A DNA stretch of 64,000 nucleotides, from the sequence record MW822011; one strand, given 5' to 3'. The notes beneath the pieces are model-generated. The model was not told the origin of the DNA. It was given only the letters and a program-made list of their open reading frames with translations, and ran no database searches. The translations under genes were made by a program, and so were the position numbers. Below are positions 1 through 10,306 of this stretch, in pieces. Origin of the DNA: Shigella phage TB004. Position 1 is the first letter of the stretch, and every line of letters starts with the position of its first letter.

Positions 1-1526
1 GTGATGATAATATCATCAGCAAAAGAGAATGTGGTGTTCTGATTCACTTGAGCAGTAGTTGCTATTCTTGCGATACCTCTACGAGTTTCTGTAGCAGTAC
101 GGTTAGCTAATGTTTCTGGAGTAATTGCTAATTCTTTTTGTGGAGAATTTTCTAAATCGACATTAGCTTGAGCTTGTGTAGCTAAAGCAATTACACCTAA
201 TCTTGCTCTAGTAGAATCATTTAAAGAATCAACTCTTTCTACGGTTGGAACGTTTTGCTGTACAACCCAATATTTTCCATCAGAATCTTCTATGTAAGCA
301 AGCTCCAAAACTGGAACATAATTAGTTTCACCGTTAAAAACTAATTCTTGAACAGTCACCCATTTAGTTTCAGGCGGATACTCTGAACGTTTTGGGAATT
401 GCAGCAATTGAACTGAAGAAGCAATTTTATCTTCACCGGCAGCTTTGATTTTAACTGTTTGTCCTTTTCTCATGTAATTCATGGAAATTTTAACAGTATC
501 ACCAACAGAAATATTAGTTGGAAGCTTAAGCTCAATTGTCTGAGCTGTTCCGTTATTCGCACCAAATACCATAACTTCTTCATTTGGACGAATATTAGAA
601 TTAGTCGTTATAATGCGTAAACGCGCTTTACTATCCCCGTCAAACAATCTCCACAATTTCTCATTATCATCAAACATCAAGAAACCGTCAATCGTTGTAC
701 GGCCTTCAATGGAATGAGTTCCAACTTCTTGTATTGAAGTCGTTTCATCGTATGTAGTAACAATTGTATGATAAAGCGGATTTAGTTTATCTAAATCGAC
801 GAAATTAATAATATCGCCATGATTAGCAAATCTTGGAAGTTTAACATTAATTGGTGCAGCAGAAGTAAATCTACGTACGATAAAATCGTTGGATTGCGCT
901 TGATAAGTATTCGCTGGTGTTACAACTACAGCTTCTCTGCTATAATCAGCTACATACATTTGCCACAGACGATTACTAAAAATTAAAACTAGCTGTGACT
1001 TTGGATGAGTCATTAGTACTGAACGTACTTGCTCGCCTCTGAAGTTTACAATACTTTGCACCGGAGCTACAATTAAAACTTGGTTAACTCCAGGTTTTCC
1101 TCCAATATCTTGGAGAACGATAGTATCACCATCAATTGGAGTAGATGGTAAAGTAAATGTAATATCATTACCAGCTGCAGTGTTAACCGAAATAGCTTCA
1201 CCGGATTTTAATTGATATGAACCAGATGAAACTGTAATCCAGTTAGCATCAGTACGTAATGCTCTCCAGCGTCCGCTATTAAAAGCTCCTGCCGGTTTTG
1301 GAATATCATTTATAGCAGCCCAAAAGCGGTTATCATAAATGATTACAAAATCTTTTAAATATCCACGAGTTGGATCATATTGTTGAACTGTGTTTTCTTG
1401 AATTAGATAATCAACGTTAACACCGTCAGTTCCTACGGTACGATCAGCTAAAGCTACGTTGATTATTTTATCGCCACCTGCGTCCAGACCATCTTCTGCT
1501 CTGAACTTTCTTTTAATCTCGGCCAT
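1..1526 (-). CDS. 34: Long tail fiber proximal subunit gp34, N-terminal ~508 codons; gene continues past the window start
   Basis: Minus-strand ATG at 1526 reads MAEIKRKFRAEDGLDAGGDKIINVALADRT..., matching T4 gp34; frame stays open to position 1 (…NQNTTFSFADDIIIT); lies next to rnh as in T4. Confidence 0.93.
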   Translation of the reverse strand, partial: MAEIKRKFRAEDGLDAGGDKIINVALADRTVGTDGVNVDYLIQENTVQQYDPTRGYLKDFVIIYDNRFWAAINDIPKPAGAFNSGRWRALRTDANWITVSSGSYQLKSGEAISVNTAAGNDITFTLPSTPIDGDTIVLQDIGGKPGVNQVLIVAPVQSIVNFRGEQVRSVLMTHPKSQLVLIFSNRLWQMYVADYSREAVVVTPANTYQAQSNDFIVRRFTSAAPINVKLPRFANHGDIINFVDLDKLNPLYHTIVTTYDETTSIQEVGTHSIEGRTTIDGFLMFDDNEKLWRLFDGDSKARLRIITTNSNIRPNEEVMVFGANNGTAQTIELKLPTNISVGDTVKISMNYMRKGQTVKIKAAGEDKIASSVQLLQFPKRSEYPPETKWVTVQELVFNGETNYVPVLELAYIEDSDGKYWVVQQNVPTVERVDSLNDSTRARLGVIALATQAQANVDLENSPQKELAITPETLANRTATETRRGIARIATTAQVNQNTTFSFADDIII

Positions 1527-1560
1527 TCTCCCGGGCTCCTATTGTGTTTTCAATAATAAG

Positions 1561-1568
1561 TATTTATA
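1561..1568 (-). promoter_or_regulatory. T4-type late promoter (TATAAATA) for gene 34
   Basis: + strand tatttata = TATAAATA on the minus strand, ~35 nt upstream of the gene 34 ATG. Confidence 0.6.
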
Positions 1569-1571
1569 CTT

Positions 1572-1601
1572 GTTTACTTTAAGATTCGGATGGTATATAA
1601 T
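1572..1601 (+). promoter_or_regulatory. Early promoter-like element upstream of rnh
   Basis: GTTTAC, 17-nt spacer, TATATAAT; ~30 nt upstream of the rnh ATG. Confidence 0.5.
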
Positions 1602-1630
1602 AGAAATCTCACTAATTGAACGAGGTTCAT

Positions 1631-2548
1631 ATGGATTTAGAAATGATGCTGGATGAAGATTACAAAGAAGGAATCTGCTTAATTGACTTTAGTCAAATTG
1701 CGCTTTCAACTGCTCTAGTAAACTTCCAAGATAAAGAAAAAATTAATTTATCAATGGTTCGTCATTTGATATTGAATTCAATTAAGTTTAATGTCAAAAA
1801 AGCAAAAACTCTTGGATACACTAAAATTGTACTGTGTATCGATAACGCGAAATCTGGATACTGGCGTCGTGATTTCGCTTATTATTATAAGAAAAACCGT
1901 GGAAAAGCACGAGAAGAATCTACTTGGGACTGGGAAGGTTATTTTGAATCCAGTCATAAAGTTATAGATGAATTGAAAGCTTATATGCCATACATCGTTA
2001 TGGATATTGATAAGTATGAAGCAGATGACCATATTGCTGTTTTGGTTAAAAAGTTCTCTTTAGAAGGACATAAAATTTTAATCATTTCATCGGATGGTGA
2101 CTTTACTCAACTTCACAAATATCCAAATGTTAAGCAATGGTCACCGATGCACAAGAAATGGGTTAAAATTAAAAGCGGTTCTGCTGAAATTGACTGTATG
2201 ACTAAAATCCTTAAAGGCGACAAAAAGGATAACGTTGCTTCAGTTAAAGTACGATCTGACTTTTGGTTTACCAGAGTTGAAGGTGAACGAACTCCTTCAA
2301 TGAAAACCTCTATTGTTGAAGCTATTGCTAATGACCGTGAGCAAGCTAAGGTGCTTCTCACTGAATCTGAATATAATCGTTATAAAGAAAATTTAGTTCT
2401 AATTGATTTTGATTATATTCCTGATAATATTGCTTCAAACATTGTGAATTACTATAATTCATATAAATTACCACCGCGTGGCAAAATTTATTCATATTTT
2501 GTAAAAGCGGGTCTTTCTAAATTAACTAATAGCATTAATGAATTTTGA
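1631..2548 (+). CDS. rnh: RNase H (5'-3' exonuclease / flap endonuclease)
   Basis: 305 codons from ATG at 1631; MDLEMMLDEDYKEGICLIDFSQIAL... matches T4 RNase H; track ORF begins upstream at a non-ATG start. Confidence 0.95.
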   Translation: MDLEMMLDEDYKEGICLIDFSQIALSTALVNFQDKEKINLSMVRHLILNSIKFNVKKAKTLGYTKIVLCIDNAKSGYWRRDFAYYYKKNRGKAREESTWDWEGYFESSHKVIDELKAYMPYIVMDIDKYEADDHIAVLVKKFSLEGHKILIISSDGDFTQLHKYPNVKQWSPMHKKWVKIKSGSAEIDCMTKILKGDKKDNVASVKVRSDFWFTRVEGERTPSMKTSIVEAIANDREQAKVLLTESEYNRYKENLVLIDFDYIPDNIASNIVNYYNSYKLPPRGKIYSYFVKAGLSKLTNSINEF

Positions 2549-2556
2549 GGTGAATA

Positions 2557-2826
2557 ATGGCTAAAAAAGAAATGGTTGAATTTGATGAAGCTATCCATGG
2601 CGAAGACTTAGCTAAATTTATCAAAGAAGCATCTGATCATAAACTGAAAATTTCAGGTTATAATGAATTGATTAAAGACATTCGAATTCGCGCCAAAGAT
2701 GAACTTGGCGTTGATGGTAAGATGTTTAATCGTCTATTAGCTTTGTATCATAAAGATAACCGTGATGTGTTTGAAGCTGAAACCGAAGAGGTAGTTGAAC
2801 TTTATGACACAGTTTTCTCTAAATGA
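2557..2826 (+). CDS. dsbA: Double-stranded DNA-binding protein DsbA
   Basis: 89-aa ORF directly after rnh, upstream of gene 33; size and position as in T4. Confidence 0.8.
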   Translation: MAKKEMVEFDEAIHGEDLAKFIKEASDHKLKISGYNELIKDIRIRAKDELGVDGKMFNRLLALYHKDNRDVFEAETEEVVELYDTVFSK

Positions 2827-3142
2827 TATTCGTCCGGTCGATGAGACCGGTCTTTCAGAAAAAGAACTTTCAATTAAGAAAGAAAAGGATGAAATAGCAA
2901 AACTTCTTGACCGTCAAGAAAATGGATTTATTATTGAAAAAATGGTAGAAGAGTTTGGAATGAGTTATCTTGAAGCTACGACAGCATTCTTAGAAGAAAA
3001 TTCTATTCCTGAAACTCAATTTGCTAAATTTATTCCTTCGGGTATAATTGAAAAAATTCAGTCAGAAGCTATTGACGAAAATCTTTTACGTCCTTCTGTT
3101 GTTCGTTGTGAAAAAACTAATACATTAGATTTTCTGCTATGA
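2804..3142 (+). CDS. 33: Late transcription accessory protein gp33
   Basis: 112 codons from ATG at 2804; MTQFSLNDIRPVDETGLSEKELS... matches T4 gp33; overlaps the dsbA 3' end. Confidence 0.9.
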   Translation: MTQFSLNDIRPVDETGLSEKELSIKKEKDEIAKLLDRQENGFIIEKMVEEFGMSYLEATTAFLEENSIPETQFAKFIPSGIIEKIQSEAIDENLLRPSVVRCEKTNTLDFLL

Positions 3143-3792
3143 TTAAACTCCGCATGCCTGCTGGTGGTGAAAGATACATTGATGGTAAATCAGTTTATAA
3201 ATTATACTTAATGATAAAACAACATATGAATGGAAAGTATGATGTAATTAAGTATAATTGGTGCATGCGGGTGTCTGATGCCGCTTATCAAAAGCGAAGG
3301 GATAAGTATTTTTTTCAGAAGTTATCAGAAAAATATAAATTAAAGGAACTTGCTTTAATCTTTATAAGCAATCTTGTTGCTAACCAAGATGCTTGGATTG
3401 GTGATATCTCTGACGCTGATGCACTTGTGTTTTATCGTGAATATATCGGACGCTTAAAGCAAATTAAATTTAAGTTTGAAGAAGATATTCGCAATATTTA
3501 CTATTTTAGTAAAAAAGTTGAAGTTTCTGCTTTTAAAGAAATCTTTGAGTATAATCCAAAAGTTCAATCAAGTTATATTTTTAAACTACTTCAATCGAAT
3601 ATAATTTCGTTTGAGACGTTTATCTTGCTTGATTCGTTTTTAAATATAATCGATAAACATGATGAACAGACTGATAATTTAGTCTGGAATAATTATTCTA
3701 TAAAGTTAAAGGCTTATAGAAAAATTTTAAATATTGATTCACAGAAAGCTAAAAGTGTTTTTATTGAAACTGTGAAATCTTGTAAGTACTAA
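3139..3792 (+). CDS. 59: Helicase loader gp59
   Basis: 217 aa, MIKLRMPAGGERYIDGKSVYKLYLMIKQHMNGKYD...; size and sequence match T4 gp59. Confidence 0.93.
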   Translation: MIKLRMPAGGERYIDGKSVYKLYLMIKQHMNGKYDVIKYNWCMRVSDAAYQKRRDKYFFQKLSEKYKLKELALIFISNLVANQDAWIGDISDADALVFYREYIGRLKQIKFKFEEDIRNIYYFSKKVEVSAFKEIFEYNPKVQSSYIFKLLQSNIISFETFILLDSFLNIIDKHDEQTDNLVWNNYSIKLKAYRKILNIDSQKAKSVFIETVKSCKY

Positions 3793-3817
3793 TTGCTTAT
3801 TATAAATAGATTATAAT
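3791..3817 (+). promoter_or_regulatory. Gene 32 promoter cluster: MotA-box-like TTGCTTA, late-type TATAAATA, and a TATAAT -10
   Basis: aaTTGCTTAtTATAAATAgatTATAATtat immediately upstream of the gene 32 leader. Confidence 0.55.
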
Positions 3818-3825
3818 TATCTCAC

Positions 3826-3891
3826 TGACCAGCTATGAGGTCATACATCGTCATAGCACCAACTGTTAATTAAATTAAAAAGGAAATAAAA
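3826..3891 (+). promoter_or_regulatory. Gene 32 translational operator: leader pseudoknot plus A/U-rich single-stranded region
   Basis: UGACC/GGUCA and GCUAUGA/UCAUAGC interleaved pairings (3826-3857), then an A/T-rich unstructured run up to the gene 32 ATG; corresponds to the known gp32 autoregulatory site. Confidence 0.7.
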
Positions 3892-4827
3892 ATGTTTAAA
3901 CGTAAATCTACTGCTGAACTCGCTGCACAAATGGCTAAACTGGCTGGAAATAAAGGTGGTTTTTCTTCTGAAGATAAAGGCGAGTGGAAACTGAAACTCG
4001 ACAATGCGGGTAACGGTCAAGCAGTAATTCGTTTTCTTCCGTCTAAAAATGATGAACAAGCACCATTCGCAATTCTTGTAAATCACGGTTTCAAGAAAAA
4101 TGGTAAATGGTATATTGAAACGTGTTCATCTACCCACGGTGATTACGATTCTTGCCCAGTATGTCAGTACATCAGTAAAAATGATTTGTATAACACTGAC
4201 AATAAAGAGTACGGTCTTGTTAAACGTAAAACTTCTTACTGGGCTAACATTCTTGTAGTAAAAGACCCAGCTGCTCCAGAAAATGAAGGTAAAGTATTTA
4301 AATACCGTTTCGGTAAGAAAATCTGGGATAAAATCAATGCAATGATTGCAGTTGATGTTGAAATGGGTGAAACTCCGGTTGATGTAACTTGTCCGTGGGA
4401 AGGTGCTAACTTTGTACTGAAAGTTAAACAAGTTTCTGGTTTTAGTAACTACGACGAATCTAAATTCCTGAATCAATCTGCGATTCCAAACATTGATGAT
4501 GAATCTTTCCAGAAAGAACTGTTTGAACAGATGGTTGACCTTTCTGAAATGACTTCTAAAGATAAATTCAAATCGTTTGAAGAATTGAGCACTAAGTTCA
4601 GTCAAGTTATGGGAACTGCTGCTATGGGTGGTGCCGCAGCGACAGCCGCTAAGAAAGCTGATAAAGTTGCTGATGATTTGGATGCATTTAATGTTGATGA
4701 CTTCAAAACAAAAACTGAAGATGATTTTATGAGCTCAAGCTCTGGCAGTTCATCTAGTGCTGATGACACGGACCACCAAAGCATACTGTGGTACTATACA
4801 ACTATCGGCAATACTGCTGATGATTAA
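3892..4827 (+). CDS. 32: Single-stranded DNA-binding protein gp32, with a divergent C-terminal tail
   Basis: 311 aa; [52 protein letters not shown]... matches T4 gp32 except the last ~17 residues (…[22 protein letters not shown]). Confidence 0.95.
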   Translation: MFKRKSTAELAAQMAKLAGNKGGFSSEDKGEWKLKLDNAGNGQAVIRFLPSKNDEQAPFAILVNHGFKKNGKWYIETCSSTHGDYDSCPVCQYISKNDLYNTDNKEYGLVKRKTSYWANILVVKDPAAPENEGKVFKYRFGKKIWDKINAMIAVDVEMGETPVDVTCPWEGANFVLKVKQVSGFSNYDESKFLNQSAIPNIDDESFQKELFEQMVDLSEMTSKDKFKSFEELSTKFSQVMGTAAMGGAAATAAKKADKVADDLDAFNVDDFKTKTEDDFMSSSSGSSSSADDTDHQSILWYYTTIGNTADD

Positions 4828-4840
4828 AGAGGAAAATAAT

Positions 4841-5068
4841 ATGGCTAAAATTGATATTGATGTTGTTGATTTTGAATATATTGAAGAAATTATTCGTAAT
4901 CGTTATCCTGAACTCCGTATTACAAGCGCACTAAATGATCCTAATTGCAATGTTTCGGTTGTTATTGAAGGTCCTTTAAATCGTCTTAAACAATTTATGG
5001 TTAATGAATACTGTGATGGTATGGATGCTGAAGATGTAGAATTTTACACAGGATTTATTGAGCAGTAA
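4841..5068 (+). CDS. Hypothetical small early protein (75 aa), first ORF after gene 32
   Basis: ATG at 4841 with AAGAGGAAA SD 6 nt upstream; track ORF 4757..5068 is an in-frame upstream extension overlapping gene 32. Confidence 0.6.
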   Translation: MAKIDIDVVDFEYIEEIIRNRYPELRITSALNDPNCNVSVVIEGPLNRLKQFMVNEYCDGMDAEDVEFYTGFIEQ

Positions 5069-5074
5069 TTATCA

Positions 5075-5092
5075 AGGGGCTATCAAGCCCCT
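5075..5092 (+). terminator. Hairpin (AGGGGCT-atca-AGCCCCT) after the gene 32 region; possible terminator or RNA stability element
   Basis: 7-bp GC-rich stem with a 4-nt loop and a weak T tract. Confidence 0.4.
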
Positions 5093-5112
5093 ATTAAAAT
5101 GAGGAAAACGCA

Positions 5113-5493
5113 ATGTATACTGGTCGAAAGTATGAACTTGTTCCAAGACTTATTGATACATTTATTAATTATAGCCCACGATCCAATGCGTCAATAGTTA
5201 AAATTATTCGAGAAAATGGCGGATGGTTTGAAGTTAAAGAAGTTTCCGTCGCCAATGGATACAAAGCAGTAAAACACATTGAATGTGCAAATGGAAAGCA
5301 TTTTTATCTCAAAGATAGACTTTTAGAAATTTGCGAAGACGAATTTCATTGTTTTCGTGAGTATAAAGAACCGACTTCTGAAGAAGATGAAATCGAAGAC
5401 AAGGTTTCTGGCGTAACAAAAATTCACTGCATTGTTGACGAAAACAATGTAGATGAAATCATTGAACTTTTGCGAAAAACTTTCAAAAAGTAG
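5113..5493 (+). CDS. Hypothetical protein (126 aa)
   Basis: ORF with GAGGAAAA SD upstream; in the ORF-dense region between 32 and frd. Confidence 0.6.
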   Translation: MYTGRKYELVPRLIDTFINYSPRSNASIVKIIRENGGWFEVKEVSVANGYKAVKHIECANGKHFYLKDRLLEICEDEFHCFREYKEPTSEEDEIEDKVSGVTKIHCIVDENNVDEIIELLRKTFKK

Positions 5494-5522
5494 TTTACAG
5501 AAGGGTAGTAGTGTGATACTAT
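5493..5522 (+). promoter_or_regulatory. Early promoter-like element
   Basis: GTTTAC, 17-nt spacer, -10-like ATACTAT, upstream of ORF 5548. Confidence 0.45.
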
Positions 5523-5547
5523 TACCCTATAAACTAAGGAGAATAAA

Positions 5548-5790
5548 ATGAGATTACAACGTCAGAGCATTAAAGATTCAGAAGTTAGAGGTAAATGGTA
5601 TTTTAATATCATCGGTAAAGACGCTGAACTTGTTGAAAAAGCTGAACGTCTTTTGCGTGATATGGGATGGGAAGATGAATGCGATGGATGCCCTCTTTAT
5701 GAAGATGGAGAAAGCGCAGGATTCTGGATTTACCATTCTGATGTTGATCAGTTTAAAGCTGATTGGAAAACTGTGAAAAAGTCTGTTTGA
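5548..5790 (+). CDS. Hypothetical protein (80 aa)
   Basis: ORF with AAGGAGAA SD. Confidence 0.6.
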   Translation: MRLQRQSIKDSEVRGKWYFNIIGKDAELVEKAERLLRDMGWEDECDGCPLYEDGESAGFWIYHSDVDQFKADWKTVKKSV

Positions 5791-5800
5791 GGAAAATATT

Positions 5801-6136
5801 ATGTCTGACATTCATGTAACTGGAATTTCCCAAGTAAACATTCGCTGCCAATTTAAAACTGTACCTGGGGTGACTCATATTACTTTATCACACGACCCAT
5901 ATTCTCGTGGAACACAGTTAACTGGTGTAATTAAGTTTTTCGGTGGAATTGGCGGAAACGAATTTACTATAGGCGATGACGAAATTGTTGGTTGTAAATT
6001 AAAAGTTCAGAAGGGAGTGTTAGAACTTTTTAGTGATGAAGTTTTTAATGAAATCTCACAAGCAGTTAATAAAGGACTGCTAACGTTAATCAAAATGATT
6101 AAAGCCAGTGGATATGTTCCCGATCCTTTATATTAG
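5801..6136 (+). CDS. Hypothetical protein (111 aa)
   Basis: ORF with TGAGGAAAA SD; closely spaced after the previous ORF. Confidence 0.6.
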   Translation: MSDIHVTGISQVNIRCQFKTVPGVTHITLSHDPYSRGTQLTGVIKFFGGIGGNEFTIGDDEIVGCKLKVQKGVLELFSDEVFNEISQAVNKGLLTLIKMIKASGYVPDPLY

Positions 6137-6144
6137 GAGATAAT

Positions 6145-6971
<827 letters not shown>

Positions 6972-6990
6972 AATAACATTGGCGGAAAAT

Positions 6991-7341
6991 ATGAATTTTA
7001 ATTATTACCCTATTCTATTAGAAAAAGACGCGAAACAACCAAAATGGCAGGGTCCTCAGTTTATTAAAGGCGTCTATCAATTAGTAGTTCCCAAAGATAA
7101 GATTTATAGCAGCAGTTATTGCACTGAATCCGCTTGCAGTATTTTCGGTAATAGTTCTCCGTATTGGAATTTTGATATAAAGCTGGATAGAAATATCGAT
7201 ATTTGGTTGAAAGCTATGGATATTGGCAATATCACGTTTGATGAGAATAATTACCATATTATTGGTCGCTTTTCCAAGCGTGGTAAAGAATTGTATTTTA
7301 CGCCTGAAATTGAAAGAAAATTTGATGCTAAACCGTATTGA
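6991..7341 (+). CDS. Hypothetical protein (116 aa) on an insertion at the frd/td junction
   Basis: ORF from ATG at 6991 (track start 6979 is a TTG); lies in a ~418-bp segment that separates the frd stop from the td start. Confidence 0.55.
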   Translation: MNFNYYPILLEKDAKQPKWQGPQFIKGVYQLVVPKDKIYSSSYCTESACSIFGNSSPYWNFDIKLDRNIDIWLKAMDIGNITFDENNYHIIGRFSKRGKELYFTPEIERKFDAKPY

Positions 7342-7385
7342 TTATTAGCTTCATAAAATGTATTATAATTTATATAAGGTACTAA

Positions 7386-7934
7386 ATGAAACAATACCAA
7401 GATTTAATTAAAGACATTTTTGAAAATGGCTATGAAACTGATGACCGAACAGGCACAGGAACAATTGCTTTGTTCGGTACTAAATTACGCTGGGATTTAA
7501 CTAAAGGTTTTCCTGCAGTAACGACTAAGAAGCTCGCCTGGAAAGCTTGCATTGCTGAGCTAATATGGTTTTTATCGGGAAGTACTAACGTAAATGATTT
7601 ACGTCAACGTACTCATGGATCTTTAATTGCAGGAAAAACAATTTGGGATGAAAACTACGAAAACCAGGCCAAAGACTTAGGTTATCATAGCGGTGAACTT
7701 GGTCCAATTTACGGAAAACAGTGGCGTGATTTTGGTGGTGTAGATCAAATTGTAGAAGTTGTTAATCGTATTAAAACATTTCCCAATGATAGACGTCAAA
7801 TTGTGTCGGCATGGAATCCAGCTGAACTCAAGCAGATGGCATTACCGCCTTGTCATATGTTCTATCAGTTTAATGTGCGTAATGGTCATCTTGATTTACA
7901 ATGGTACCAGAGAAGTGTTGATGTTTTCTTAGGT
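7386..7934 (+). CDS. td: Thymidylate synthase, exon 1
   Basis: MKQYQDLIKDIFENGYETDDRTGTGT...QRSVDVFLG; coding continuity breaks at the position of the T4 td intron. Confidence 0.95.
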
Positions 7935-8950
7935 TAATTTAGGCCTAGGTATAAGGTGACTTATACTTGTAATCTATCTAAACGGGGGACCTCTCTAGTA
8001 GACAATCCCGTGCTAAATTGTAGGACTACCCTTTAATAAATACTTCTATATAAAAAGAGGTGTTTATGAAAAGCGGAATTTATCAGATTAAAAACACTTT
8101 AAACGGTAAAGTGTATGTTGGAAGTGCTAAAGATTTTGAGAAAAGATGGAAGAGACATTTTAAAGACCTTGAAAACGGTGTTCACTCTTCTATAAAATTT
8201 CAAAGGTCTTTTAATAAACATGGTAATGTTTTTGAATGCTCTGTACTGGAAGAAATTCCATATGAGAAAGATTTGATTATTGAACGAGAAAATTTTTGGA
8301 TTAAAGAGCTAAATTCTAAAATTAATGGATATAATATTGCTGATGCGTCTTTTGGCGATGTGCTTTCAAATCATCCATTAAAAGAAGAAATTGCTAAGAA
8401 ACGAGCTGAAACTGTTAAAGCTAAGATGCTTAAACTTGGTCCTGATGGTCGGAAAGCTCTTTATGGTAAACACGGAAGTAAAAATGGCCGATGGAATCCA
8501 GAAAACCATAAGTTTTGTAAATGCGGTGTTCGCATACCGTCTTCGGCCGATACTTGTGGAAAGTGCCGAAAACGTTCAGGTGAAAATAACCCGTTCTTTA
8601 ATCACAAACATTCAGAAAAAACTAAAACTAAGCTATCTGAAAAGATGAAAGGCAAAAAGCCAGCTAACATCAAAAAGATTTCATGCGATGGGATTATTTT
8701 TGAATGTGCAGCCGATGCGGCTAGACATTTTGAAATTTCATCAGGATTAGTTACTTACCGTGTAAAATCTGATAAGTGGAATTGGTTCTACATAAATGCC
8801 TAACGACTATCCCTTTAGGGAGTAGGGTCAAGTGACTCGAAACGATAGACAACTTGCTTTAACAAGTTGGAGATATAGTCTGCTCTGCATGGTGACATGC
8901 AGCTGGATATAATTCCGGGATAAGATTAACGACCTTATCTGAACATAATG
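7935..8950 (+). mobile_element. Group I self-splicing intron in td (1016 nt) carrying the I-TevI ORF
   Basis: 5' end TAATTTAGGCCTAGGTATAAGGTGACTTATACTTGTAATCTATCTAAACGGGG..., 3' end ...GATAAGATTAACGACCTTATCTGAACATAATG, then exon 2 in frame; length equals the T4 td intron. Confidence 0.9.
8066..8803 (+). CDS. I-TevI: Intron-encoded GIY-YIG homing endonuclease I-TevI
   Basis: 245 codons from ATG at 8066; [35 protein letters not shown]...WNWFYINA; AAGAGG SD upstream. Confidence 0.95.
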   Translation: MKSGIYQIKNTLNGKVYVGSAKDFEKRWKRHFKDLENGVHSSIKFQRSFNKHGNVFECSVLEEIPYEKDLIIERENFWIKELNSKINGYNIADASFGDVLSNHPLKEEIAKKRAETVKAKMLKLGPDGRKALYGKHGSKNGRWNPENHKFCKCGVRIPSSADTCGKCRKRSGENNPFFNHKHSEKTKTKLSEKMKGKKPANIKKISCDGIIFECAADAARHFEISSGLVTYRVKSDKWNWFYINA

Positions 8951-9262
8951 CTACCGTTCAACATTGCATCATATGCTGCGTTAGTTCATATTGTAGCTAA
9001 GATGTGTAATCTTATTCCGGGAGATTTGATATTTTCTGGCGGTAATACTCATATCTATATGAATCACGTAGAACAATGTAAAGAAATTTTACGTCGTGAA
9101 CCTAAAGAGCTTTGTGAACTTGTAATAGGCGGATTACCTTATAAATTCCGCTATCTTTCTACTAAAGAACAATTGGAATACATTCTTAAACTCAGGCCTA
9201 AAGATTTCGTTCTTAAAGGTTACGAATCACACCCTTCTATTAAAGGAAAAATGGCGGTGTAA
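8951..9262 (+). CDS. td: Thymidylate synthase, exon 2
   Basis: LPFNIASYAALVHIVAKMCNLIPGDLIFSGGNTHIYMNHVEQCKEILRREP...KGKMAV, in frame with exon 1 once the intron is removed. Confidence 0.93.
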   Translation, partial: LPFNIASYAALVHIVAKMCNLIPGDLIFSGGNTHIYMNHVEQCKEILRREPKELCELVIGGLPYKFRYLSTKEQLEYILKLRPKDFVLKGYESHPSIKGKMAV

Positions 9263-9285
9263 TTAATTATTAATTGTGAGGATAT

Positions 9286-9531
9286 ATGATTTTACGATTT
9301 AAAGATACTTCTGGTGTAGTTCTTTTTACACTTCCTAATCCAAGCGAGTTAGAAGTTCCAGGACCAGAACAGCCTATTGTCATTTATGGCAAAAAATATT
9401 ATACTCATAAAATGACTCGTGAGTATTTTGATAATAAAATTTCTACAGTTAAAACTTCTTCAGATTGTTATTATGATATTACTGTTTTAACGGAAAAACA
9501 ATATGACGAATGTAGAACTTTAGCAGTATAA
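9286..9531 (+). CDS. Hypothetical protein (81 aa)
   Basis: ORF with GTGAGGAT SD; its 3' end overlaps the convergent GIY-YIG gene by 12 nt. Confidence 0.55.
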   Translation: MILRFKDTSGVVLFTLPNPSELEVPGPEQPIVIYGKKYYTHKMTREYFDNKISTVKTSSDCYYDITVLTEKQYDECRTLAV

Positions 9532-10251
9532 ATATGATTCCCAACAATCTAGAGCACATCTTTTAGATATAAGTTTTCTGCTTATTCCAGTTTGACGCAC
9601 AGCTTCTGCTATTGTTGGATATTCTACCCCATCTATACTTACTCTTAGATGGGGTTTCTTTTTACCTCTTTGTGAGTCAGAAATTCGTTTTCTAACTTCA
9701 TTGGTATGTGTCTGTCCATAATATGGATTATTGATGCCTTTCATATTAAGTGCAGCGTTTCTTTCTTGGAACTTTTTGCTTATTTCTATAGCACGATCTA
9801 ACCCATAGTGTTCTTCTATAGTTTTACCTTTGATATCTTTAGGTCTACCATGTTTTTGCTTAAGTTCTTCTGGTGATAATTTTGAATTATTATTTTTAAT
9901 TGCATTTGAAATTTTATTAAGGATTTCTTGCTTTCTTGGGTGATGAGATAAGGTATCCCCAAACGATGCGTCTGCTATATTATACCCATTTTCCTTTGAG
10001 TCATATTCATGTATCCAATAATTTTCACGTTCAATAATGATAGATTTTTCGTATGGAAGTTCTTCTATGATTTTACATACGAAAGCATCTTTCCCATGCT
10101 TATTATAAGAACGCTGCAGCTTTATTGAATGATGATTTCCATTATCTAAATCTTTAAAGTGTCGTTTCCATCGTTCTTCAAAATTAATTGCACTTCCTAT
10201 ATAGTGCTTATTGGTTTTAGTGTTTATAATAGCATATATTCCAGATTTCAT
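9520..10251 (-). CDS. Free-standing GIY-YIG homing-endonuclease-like protein (243 aa), antisense to the flanking early genes
   Basis: N-terminal ~100 aa is close to the I-TevI catalytic domain ([35 protein letters not shown]...[13 protein letters not shown]); basic C-terminal half; AGGAGA SD and a late promoter upstream. Confidence 0.85.
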   Translation of the reverse strand: MKSGIYAIINTKTNKHYIGSAINFEERWKRHFKDLDNGNHHSIKLQRSYNKHGKDAFVCKIIEELPYEKSIIIERENYWIHEYDSKENGYNIADASFGDTLSHHPRKQEILNKISNAIKNNNSKLSPEELKQKHGRPKDIKGKTIEEHYGLDRAIEISKKFQERNAALNMKGINNPYYGQTHTNEVRKRISDSQRGKKKPHLRVSIDGVEYPTIAEAVRQTGISRKLISKRCALDCWESYLYC

Positions 10252-10273
10252 TATATTCTCCTATATAAAATTA

Positions 10274-10281
10274 TATTTATA
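10274..10281 (-). promoter_or_regulatory. T4-type late promoter (TATAAATA) for the antisense GIY-YIG gene
   Basis: Minus-strand ...CCCCATATAAATATAATTTTATATAGGAGAATATA-ATG. Confidence 0.6.
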
Positions 10282-10306
10282 TGGGGTAACTTACTACAGA
10301 GGACTT

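Noticed and set aside
1601-1630. Similarity between the rnh leader (TCTCACTAATTGAACGAGGTTCAT) and the gene 32 pseudoknot region (TCTCACTGACCAGCTATGAGGTCAT)
   Set aside because: The match is short and the intervening bases differ; the rnh copy cannot form the two interleaved helices. Probably a shared early-transcript start context rather than a second gp32 operator.
1459-1656. 65-aa + strand ORF spanning the gene 34 start and the 34/rnh promoter region
   Set aside because: It overlaps the gene 34 N-terminus on the other strand and the rnh leader, has no ribosome-binding site, and is low-complexity; most likely a chance ORF.
8391-8648. 85-aa alternative-frame ORF inside I-TevI
   Set aside because: Entirely nested in a well-supported gene in another frame, with no start signals.
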